Of a DNA stretch of 64,000 bases, positions 53,802 through 64,000 are shown one piece after another. Source of the stretch: Vicugna vicugna. Taxonomy: Eukaryota. Under the pieces are notes generated by a model. It was not told the DNA's origin, made no database searches, and saw only the letters and a program-made list of their open reading frames with translations. Where the stretch lies: contig MU057640.1 in the NCBI GenBank assembly GCA_013265495.1, positions 186,001-250,000 of the forward strand, written 5' to 3'. Within the stretch, counting starts at the first letter, position 1, and each line of letters opens with the position of its first letter. Made by a program: the position numbers and the translations under genes.

Positions 53802-55074
53802 CTATGTAAACAAAAGATTTTAAAAATGTCAGTTTCCTTTGTGTTTCCCTTTAAAAACCAAGAGAAAGGAAAATAATATACATTATGAAATGGTACATAA
53901 ACTCACAAATCAGAATTCAGCATTTGATTTCTACAGAATTATAAACTGCTATTTATTTGTCAGAAAGACAGAATATAATCCTAGCCCCACATTGTGAATT
54001 GCATTCTAAATTCAATGTTAATGCTTACCAGTGTCTTAGAAAACAAAAAAAACCTGGATATGAGAAATACAAAAAGCCAAAAAACATGTTACCAGATAGT
54101 CTACCATATTAGTGATCAAGGAAAAAGATGCTGGCAAAGATCTGAAGCAAAGAATATTTTGCCATGTTGCCTGGATAAACTAAAACTACAACTGACCCTT
54201 GCACAACATGGGTGCCATGGATCTAATTAAATATAAATATATGTATGTATATGAGTCAATATACTGTTCAAGGATTTATATTTGTAAAGTATAAAATCAC
54301 TGATATGTCAAATTTTCAATAATGGTTATTTCAGAGGGTGATGGTTATTCCAGGGAAGGAAGGAAGGGAAGGATTTTAATGCCCACCAAAGATCTAAGAG
54401 CACTGAATTCCAATTCCAGCAACCAGTGGACCTCCCATCAACTAGAATCAGGTGGAGTATCTGCAACATAGTAATGTATATTTGAAAACTAGCTTGAAAG
54501 AAAAAAAAAGTCAACTTTCCTCTCTTCCTTCTACTCACTCCCTTCGTTCATTTTTGCTCTATCTCATTCTTGAAGAATCTGATGATGAATCCAGTGAATT
54601 CAATATAATTACAATAGATTTTTAAATAAAACAAAACCAAAGTGAAATGACCAGTAACCATAAAGAAAGGGAGAGTAAACTGAGAGCTCAGGAGGTGAGC
54701 TGTGGCCATCCAGTGGGCTCTAGGACCAGCAGATATCAGGCGCTAGCTAAATGCAGAGGCGCTCGAGCTCATTTTCCAGTATAGGGGACCTCAAGGAAAT
54801 GCTGACTAAAAAAAATTATCCACTGACCCAGGGAGACAAAAAGGAATCACAGCCATCCAGAAGACTGGGTGGACAGTTGGTGTGTTTTGGGTCTGTGTGA
54901 AAACTGGCTTCACACAGAAAAGCTAACTTGAAGTTGAAAATTGTTAATTTAACCAATGTTTTATTTACACATGTGAGACAGAAAGCTAGGCACGCTCTGG
55001 AAGTTCTCTCATCACATCAATGTAAATGGCCCGAGAAAGCTATCAGGCAAACAGTAACTTCAATAAAGCCTTAC

Positions 55075-55361
55075 CTTGATCGACTCCGATCCTTATTTCG
55101 ATCTGAGCTCCTTTCCCGATCTCTGTCACGATCTCTCTCTCGATCCCGATCGCGATCTCTCTCTTTTGTCCGGTCACGATCCCTATCCCGTTCTCGTTCC
55201 CGCTCCCGTTCCTTCTCCTTTTCTCGTTCACGTTCTCTTTCCCTTTCTCGTTCCCGTTCTCGCCTTTCTCGTTCCCTTTCACGCTCCCTCTCTCTTTCTC
55301 TCCGTTCTTTCTCAATTTCCTGTCTTTCTTTTTCCTTTTTGCCTTTCTCTTCTTCCAGTTT
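55075..55361 (-). CDS. RBM25: RBM25 coding exon (287 nt, RE/RD-rich)
   Basis: tag|AAA CTG GAA...CGA TCA AG|gtaagg; KLEEEKGKKEKERQEIEKERRERERE...DRNKDRSRS. Confidence 0.96.
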
Positions 55362-58300
55362 CTAGAAACCAACAAAAATACTTTTAGAGTTAACTCTGTA
55401 GCTCCAGTATTCAGACTTCCCTGGCGCAATGCCCAATATTGGAAACAGCAACAACAACAAAAAAACCAAACCACTGGTACTTTTATATTAAATAGCTGTG
55501 GTTTTATTTGACAAATTAAACAGAAGCAATAACAAGTCTAGATTTCGTGCAAAACCATATACTCTACACCAACCAGGAATCTCCAATCTTGGATGCTGGG
55601 AGATTGTGTCAAGTGTGGCTGACCACTCAATGATTATGAATTAACTAAAATGACCATAAGGAATGTGATGGTTCATAATAATTTCTAGAAATACAATAAC
55701 TTCGCTAAAACATAACTCTTTCCATTATGAATTTCTACAAGTCACTGGGATTACTGATACTATCACCCCAGACTTCCCATTACCTAAAGGTTATTAGTTG
55801 AGGGTTTTAAAGGGGAGGTGGGGGAGAAGAGTCAGCTCACTGGAATGCAACTAAATCTTCTGCCCTCTGGCTTGCCCACCCTCCAAAAGACAAGCTGAAC
55901 TCAACCAATATCTGCCTTATCATCCATGGAAACATTTACTCCCACCATTACAAGATGGACAGCCCACCAAATACAAAAAGTTTGAAAATCACTCACTTCA
56001 AGCAAAAAATGTACATAATCATAATATTTTCATTTAATTAATTTTTTGCTTAATTTAAAAAGCAATATATTTATGCCCATTATGCCTATGAGACAATAAA
56101 AATATATCAACAGTGACAAATCCATCCTTGGAAGGAACGATTGCGTATTAACTTACAGATGCTGTGCTAGGACATGGATCGCCAACACTGGATTAACCTT
56201 GCCTACAAGCTATGCTTCTGGGAGGAAGAGCAAGTACATGGTTCACAAATAAACCAAATAACAATCAGACGAAGTTTGTACCCTGACAAGATTACCAGTG
56301 TACCACACAGTTTCTACACAAACTCAGAAAAAAAAATACCCCAAACAGCAAAAACAAAACAAAAACAAAACACATTTTTTCCCTTTGGTTCCATGTTTAG
56401 TGTCACCGAAATATTTAAATTCCAACAATAAAATGTGCATTTTTTTTCTTTTCTCAGTCATGTAAAGCATTTAAAACAACTTTAAAAAGCAATCTTACCT
56501 GTTACACTCCTTTTCTCTTGCTCATGGATCAGAGAACTGACAGAAGATTATGAAAGAAAAGCTAATGCGTGAGAAACCAATATATTCAGCCGCTGTGCCA
56601 GGCTCTTATCAAAGTGGAGCGTAGGCAGAGCCAATACTGAACACATTGACATTACAAAGAGAAAAGAAATGGTAGAAAGAGGACAGAAACTGAAAACTAT
56701 TTAAAGGGGCAACTTCTAATTTTGGAAACAGTTCTAATGGAATATAAAAATGTATACTATAAAATGAGGCTAAACTACATAAAACTTACCTCTGTGTCAT
56801 ACACTTATAAAGAAATTTGTTCATTTCTGAGATAATACTTACAGATTATTTTAGCTGTTCCAATAATAAATGTCTTTTGTAGATTCCCTCAATGTTTTTA
56901 CTCCTGCTTATTCACTACACTACTTATTTCTTAAGTGTAGTTCTATTTATGTAAATAATATTGTTTCAGGACTCATTTCAAAAGTTTTGTTCTATGTAAA
57001 TGAAAAAGTGAGTGACTCTGGTCCATACTATATGCATTTCTATAAGAGTATATAAGATTATATATGCAGGAAAACAGATACACACACATATATATTTTAA
57101 GACAAAGACTGGATAAAGAGGAAATGAAGTGAATCTCAAAAGACATACGAAAGTAATGAAATAATGAAGAAAGGACAGAAAAAAAATCATAAATCTTACC
57201 TTATTCTCTCTTCAGACTCGTCCGTGCTGTAAATGGACGCCCCCTGCCACGCTGACACCCTGATAGTCCGTGGTTATTTAATAAACTCATACCAAAACAT
57301 GCAAAGGTTCACTGAGCTCATTTTTTGTTACTGAAGTTTCAAACATCCCCTTTAACTGTACCACCCAATAAAAAGAACTGCTTTCCTTTTTCATTTTGAG
57401 TTTACTTTTAAAGCACATTTTGGAAATTCAAAACACTCTCCCCACAGTAAAATACATGTAAGGCAGTCAAAGGCCTGACAGCTTCTCAAACTCTGAAGCA
57501 AATATCTCCTGAATTAATTTTTAAAAACATGATTTCCTCATACTTTACCAATGACATGACAGGATTTAACAAGTAACAACAAAAAGGGGGTAAACCACAC
57601 ACACAATTGTATACCATTTTCAAGCTTACTCAGACCCTGAATGTGAGTGAGTACTAAACCTAACCGAGATTATTTGTCTAAAATGACTTCCCACGAACTA
57701 CCTTTTAAACCCTCACAACTAATTGGGAGAACTACATTTGTGCTTTTAGACATATTTAATTCCTGAAAAGGCCCTGTGTATGTGAGCAAGGGCTGGGCAT
57801 CAGGATAATAATGTGTTCAAGCAGCACTGATTCAATGGCAGTAACACGGGATTTTGAAAGGTGTAAGAAAAAAATGAACACGTAACATTTCACTGAGTTA
57901 AAGCTCACTCGGTCTTTGGAGTAAGAATCAGGAACATCTTAATCATCTCTAAAATCAAAATACACTTCATGCAGTGTTTGCATTTCACCGTCCATAAGCA
58001 TCATCTTCAATACCAGCAAACAGTCACAGATGCACTGTCATTGAGAGAAGCTTTCAATAGGCAAAACACGTGAGTGGGATTTACTGTGCACAAATACCCA
58101 TTTCCAAGCCAGTTACCCCTTTGCATATTTTTCTGAGGGGGCATCCATAAATATAGTAAAAAACAGAAGCTCATACTTACATCCTATTCCTTGTTACTTT
58201 CCAAGCTGAGAGTTTCATCTTGCATTAGTCACCATATGATCTCTATCATAATGGTGGGGGTCAATGAATAGATTAGCTTTATGGGAATTTACAGTTCTTC

Positions 58301-58787
58301 CATGCATCTAAAATTTGGTAAGTCTGGTAACCACTGACCTACTTTTTAAAATCTCCCCCTCTCAACTTTAATCTATACAAATATAATCTTAAATTTTAAC
58401 CTCAGCTCTAAAGAAAAGGTTTTCCTAAGATTAAGTTAAATAACTGCCCCCAGAAATACTCTACAGTGTATGTTATCCTGCTGCCCCCTTGAATCTAGTT
58501 TAAATCTGACCTTGAAGTTTATGTTGAAATCTAAAATAAAACTAGCTTTTATTCATATTAAAGTGAGATGACTGCAGAGTAGTCAGTAACTGAAAAAACT
58601 ATGTACAATATGCCAAGGACTACTCTAATATGGTACTGGTCTTCTGTTTGTTTCTACCTAAATATCAATTATACCTATAAAAAGCATTTAAAATTATATT
58701 CTACTGTAAGGTTGATTTTTTTGTCTGTTTGCTTTGGATTCTGTAAAAAGTCTAGATTGGTATCAAGTGCAAAAACAAGAATACTAC

Positions 58788-58871
58788 CTTGTGTGTGTCT
58801 CTGAATTTGCTGATCTCTCGGGATATCAGGTCTCTTTTATCTTCTTCCATTTCTATAGCATTTATATCCTC
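58788..58871 (-). CDS. RBM25: RBM25 coding exon (84 nt)
   Basis: tag|GAG GAT ATA...CAC AAG|gtagta; EDINAIEMEEDKRDLISREISKFRDTHK. Confidence 0.96.
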
Positions 58872-59109
58872 CTAAAAGACAAGGGGGAGAGGTGGGAACA
58901 CATAAAGATTAGTCTACATCGATACAAACAAAAATTAAAGGTTAGATATTCTGTACAGATCTTACAGAAGATGGGGTAAATAAATAAATAGAACTTATAT
59001 AGTAACAAATTCAATGATCTAAGTTAAATAGTGAAGAATTGGATGAATAAGAATCACAAACCTGGCAATTAGCATAAGTTATTGTCAAAGTCTATAAATG
59101 TAAACGTAC

Positions 59110-59163
59110 CTTAGTGATGAGTGGATAAGGGATCAGTGGGGCCACCGGAAATCTGCGGAAAAT
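59110..59163 (-). CDS. RBM25: RBM25 coding exon (54 nt)
   Basis: cag|ATT TTC CGC AGA...ACT AAG|gtacgt; IFRRFPVAPLIPYPLITK. Confidence 0.93.
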
Positions 59164-60545
59164 CTGCGGAAAAATCCACAAAGATTAAAACAAACAAAGA
59201 GTTCATATTACTCTGTAAAACAATTTTCAATAAATAGTGTATGTTTACACTGTAAGCAATGCAAGATTTTTGTAATATTTTCTTGATTTCAAATTACTTG
59301 ATAATAAAAAAGATTTCACTCATTCTCTATAACCCCACCCATGACCCACCACCTCCTCTCCCTCCAACAACCTCAACCAGTGGAGTAAGGAGGGTCTGGC
59401 ACTAGTAGCGCTTTTCCCTTGATCCCTTCCAAGATACAGGAAACAATCATAATGACAAATTTCCCTATAATTCCTGTCATAGTGCAGGGTTTGTCTCCTC
59501 GCAACCCATATCAAACACGTATCTCTAGTTATTTTCTTCTTTGCCATTAATGCAGGGGAAAACAAGAACAAATTCTACAGGTCTCAATTACCCTATTCCT
59601 GACTACTCTTACCAATTACCATTTCCAGTGATTGGTACTTCACTAGACAGGTTTTTACAACTACGAGGAAGAACAAGACAAGTAATAAAAATGTATCTGA
59701 TGTATTTGGCCACAAAGAAAGCTGAAAATGGCCTAAAAAGGCAATAAAATCCAAAACAGTATGAACTGTAACTACCCCAGGATATTAACTCACAGGTTTC
59801 ATAGTACTACTTTTTCATGACATATACAATCCATGTATATAAGATACTTCCAATGTTTTTAAAGAACACTCCATCATTTCTCAAAGTTTATCCAAAAGAA
59901 ATAAATATAAGAAAACCAAACATTTTCTTTCAACCTGGACTCCCTACTATTCATTTAGTTTAAGCTGACAAAAGTGGGTGATGATGCAATACACTGGGGA
60001 GGACTGTTTCATCTTGTGGGGCTCTTTCACAGTACTCCATTTATAAGGGCATCAGCTTTACTATCCAAGGAGTGGAATGAGATGTGGTTCTTAAGGAAAG
60101 GTGGCTAAAAATTTGAAAATGGGTGAAAATTCTCAGTGAACGAGACCTGGTATACTGCTTGGAGCAGAGACAGAAGAATAATAATCAGGGAGTAAGGCAA
60201 AACAAGGCCAGCCACTCTGTAGCCAGAAAAAATAATCTTACTTTACCCCTTTAATATCAGTTCCTATTTATCACTCGTTTGCATTTTTTTATCCTCTTAC
60301 TTAATGAATCCATAAATAAGCACAAGCCTCCATGCCACTGCATTTCAAACATGCAAAACAGGACCATCTTGGGGAAAAAAAAATTAGGAATTTGTTGGTA
60401 AAACACAGTCAAATTAGCCTTCAGAGTATACTGCTAAAAATGCTAGTCATTCTATTTTCCCCTCAAAAGTTGGAAAGTAATAAAAACACAAGAGTGACAC
60501 CACAAGAAGTAAACTGACTCTTGTCAGAAATCAGTTAACACATAC

Positions 60546-60731
60546 GTCCTCCTTCTTTTCCTTCTTCTTCTTCCTAGGGTGAGAGTCAGATTCTTGAGAC
60601 GGGGCATTGAGCTCACTGGAGTATTCACGTATTAAAACTTCAATGGCCCCTTTGATCATCTGATCTCTTCTCTTTGTTTCTTCATCTAAGGCTTCCTCAT
60701 CATCATTAGTGGCAGTTTCTGGCCTAGCATT
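60546..60731 (-). CDS. RBM25: RBM25 coding exon (186 nt); upstream exons, including the RRM, were not found and presumably lie beyond the window
   Basis: taag|AAT GCT AGG...GAG GAC|gtatgt; NARPETATNDDEEALDEETKRRDQMIKGAIEVLIREYSSELNAPSQESDSHPRKKKKEKKED. Confidence 0.96.
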
Positions 60732-63700
60732 CTTAAAAAAAAAAAAAAAAGGCAAATTCAGGAAAGGGAGGGGGAAAATCAAACAAGAAAATGAAAATCA
60801 TTCTAAAACAAGTTTAGCACACAAAACAAACATGTTTTCTCCAAAACATCTCCATAGTCCTATTAAATGCAGATTTGGTTTTGTTCTTAACTTCATCAAA
60901 TTAAATTTTGTTCTTAACTTCATTTGTTTTAATTGTTTTTTCCTTAGATACTGGTACTTTATCATTTTCTTTTCCTTTCTTTCCTTGATAGCTAGTATAT
61001 TCTGACCACTAACCAGCTACAGAAAGATTAATCACAGGACTAGCATACTATACAACATATCTGCAAAACTTTCACAATTTCTCAGACTGTCCTGAGGAAT
61101 CAACTCTAAACAATGTCGTTCTCCCCATAACTTGCACATGTGACATTATAAAAAAAATTAAAAACACAAAATTCATGTTGTAATACTTCTCACACGTAAG
61201 TAACTACTTGTAGGACTTTATTATTTTTTAAAAGAAGTCTAGGTTGTTAATTGTGTCCATGTGAAAAGAAATTACTGGTTTCCAATGTGCTATTCTTGTT
61301 TCTATCTTACCATTTTATTTTTAGCCTCCTAGTTAAGGAATTAATCCAGTTCAAATGACAAAATTCAGAGAATGACCCCAACACTGAATAATTTCCATTT
61401 AACCTCAACTTTTCTCCTCTTAAAACTTGGAAAGGTAGAAAAGTGTAACAAGCAAAAAGATAAACATAAAAATGAATGTGTACAATACTTTTGTAACTTA
61501 AAACTATATACATACATGCATTCCCCAAGTGTTTATCAATTTACTTGGTAAACATATACTGTACAAATTTTCAGATATAAACAAGAACCCTGCACTTCTG
61601 CACAAATGCTGGCTCTTGATCACAATGCATGCAACTCTATTCAAGGTGAGTTTCATGCCAGTGGCTCCTTCATTTAACATAGCCATGACTTCATAACCAC
61701 CACCAGCATATTGAAAGCTATTGCTAATGGATACTTACTCAACAGCATTTATTTCTTAAATTAATTTGCTCAACAAATTCTTAAGAGGCTATCATGTGCA
61801 AGATACTATGCTAGATGGTTAAAAAAAATTCAAAATTGAAAAAAGAAAGAACTTGCCCTTAAGCATTCAACAATATAGGGTAAGAGAAGGTTATGACACA
61901 GGTAAATTCTATGTCATTAAATGCGGTATTATAAAACTAACCACTCTTGAGTTTCTTACATTCTCAAACCTGCCTCTTCATCTAATCTTCTTGTAGCCAA
62001 TTTTCTAGTCAGCACCTTGGATAAAGACAAGATGCTTTAACCAAGGACTGTAATTACATTGCCTACAATATTTACTAAAAATACTGTCAACTAAAATTAT
62101 GGTGATGTGTTCCTTTCTTATTTTAAATCAATAATATATCACAGTAAGGTCTTTATGCAGCTTTCCCTAAAATCCATTCAGTGATATTCTGCTTCTCCAC
62201 ACATTTTAAATGACAGAATGACAGAATTAACCCTCCAGTAACTATGGTCACTGAAACCATAGGTCTTGAGAAAAACACGGCTAATTCTACCCAAACCTTT
62301 AGCTGTTGAGACCTAAATGTTTTATCATGAAAACATACCTCATGAGAGAGCATCCAAGGGTACCTATCTTTAGCATTTTTCCCCTACATTCTAAATTGCT
62401 TTCCACGAACCCTCTACATCTCTATGCTTTCCTAAGTGTAAGGATACAGGTGGGGTTATAAATCCAAAGGCTTACTCAACTAAAAATACTCATACCTCCT
62501 CAATTCCCTACCACTATCATCCTAAACCAAAGTTTAAATATTAGTATAGCTGATCTTACCTAAATTAGAAATACAGTATTTGGAATGAACTAATTCACAC
62601 CACCTTACAAAAGACTATTGCCCTTTGATCTAGAGAGAAAATGTACATTTTTAGAAGAAAAGCTTATGAGCCTAAATATCTTAATCAATTGTTAATGTAA
62701 GAAAAACAAAAACAACCAGATATGCCGTGGAAGGAAAGGTTATTCTTGGTTTCAACTCAAGATCTACCTCTGGGTCCTGAACCATAAACAATTTCCTGAT
62801 TTCCAATTTCTTCTTCAACTTCAGAAACAGAAAGCACATTCAACAATACTGAGCAGCAAACAGTTAAGAGTTTAGATGTACAAGGGGATCATAGAAATCA
62901 ACTGAATATCTGAGATGTTTATGTGACCCACCTATTTGGCTCTTTGCAGAGGAATCAAAAGCTTCCATAGTAAAGTTACTGGTTGGCCAGTTAGAAAACA
63001 GCTCACTTTTTGGCACTGATGTCTGGAGTCCAGAACAGGAACTTCTTTGGGAACTTAAGCAAATACAGAGCTCTTTCTTTTGAGAAAATGTAGGTTCAAC
63101 TAGACTAACTTCCAGACAAAGACATGAAGATGTTTCTACCCACAGTATCTAATCTGTCCTCAATTAAAATGTAATGCAAGTGGCTCTTTCCAATTATCTG
63201 TACTTACTACACTTGGCAGAATTCGTTCTTGAATGTGTGGTTAACAACCACTACTTGTGACAATTAACATTATCTCTACTCTTACATTGTTATTGCTGAA
63301 CAGCCAGAAAGGAACAGGACATGGACTAGATCAGCATAGGTACCACAAATGAAAACTACTTTTACTAGAGGTCAAAAATGTTGCTTCTACAAATTTTACA
63401 AAATCTAAATAAAAGTGTTTAATTGAACTACTATACTCAAGGCACATAACTCCTCTTAAAATTCCAGGTCAGGTTTAAGTATCTCACTCTCTAGGCAAAC
63501 TTGTGTTTTTTTTTTTAATCAAAGTGAACTAGACAACTAATTGTATTCTCTCTTACACCTGGGAAATCAGGAGAATGCCTGAATATTGTAACATAAAAGC
63601 TTCTCGGTGTCTCATTTTCATATTAACTACTTTAAGTCATTGTTTTCTAAATGTCTCCAACAAATCCATAAAGAACAAGTACACTTTCATTTTATCCTAA

Positions 63701-64000
63701 AACGTTAACAGATCTGCAATCTATCCACAATATAGCTATATTTGCTTTAGTTGTTTGAAAAAAATTATATCTGCTAGAACCACTCAATGTTTTCATTTTA
63801 CCAATATTGTCAAGTAAAATCAACACTCTAGGAAGATATGCCATGTTTATCTTGTGACTTCAATTACTTGTGGGCACCATGCCAAGTGTACCCACAAGTC
63901 ATTTCTGTTAATTTTTTAAATTTCATTTTATCTGAAATAGCTGTTCTATTTTTAGAGGTGGTTTCAATTCCATTCTTGAAAAATATGAACAGATTTAACT

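Noticed and set aside
53575..55474. Ser/Arg/Leu-repeat ORFs on the plus strand and alternative minus-strand frames (e.g. 54928-55365)
   Set aside because: Shadow frames of the low-complexity RE/RD-coding RBM25 exons, not separate SR-like genes.
57925..58010. Possible intronic C/D-box snoRNA on the minus strand (GATGATG...CTGA)
   Set aside because: No exact RTGATGA C box and no convincing terminal stem.
60879..60923. 18-bp direct repeat TTTTGTTCTTAACTTCAT x2 (similar small repeats near 6135-6185 and 25645-25685)
   Set aside because: Ordinary slippage-type micro-duplications with no sign of function; not array-like.

Overview
Mammalian genomic DNA, most likely camelid (five tRNA-derived SINEs of the Vic-1 type, plus an artiodactyl-like PSEN1 N-terminus). 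Two intron-containing genes lie head-to-tail on the minus strand. The first is the 3' part of RBM25: 13 coding exons from 60731 down to the stop at 38996, together 1989 nt (662 aa + stop), covering the RE/RD-rich region and the PWI domain, with a 3' UTR to about 37440. The second is the 5' part of PSEN1: CpG-island promoter and exon 1 near 31.5 kb, exon 2, exon 3 with the ATG, and exons 4-5; the gene continues past position 1. All exon boundaries were read as GT-AG with consistent phases. The introns are rich in L1, L2, MIR, LTR and DNA-transposon remnants. I found no new multi-gene system. The most interesting unannotated signals are: (i) a cluster of candidate stop-containing 'poison' cassette exons in one RBM25 intron, plus a tandem 3' splice site that also creates a stop; (ii) a 2.3-kb TSD-flanked, ORF-less processed-mRNA (3' UTR-like) retrocopy antisense inside RBM25; (iii) a young sense-oriented L1 whose poly(A) signal sits about 140 nt upstream of the last RBM25 exon; (iv) a PSEN1 overlapping upstream ORF that terminates at the VRSQ alternative donor in both isoforms; (v) a local duplication of the PSEN1 exon 4 donor region. 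Repeat-family names and human comparisons are from recall, not from a database search.
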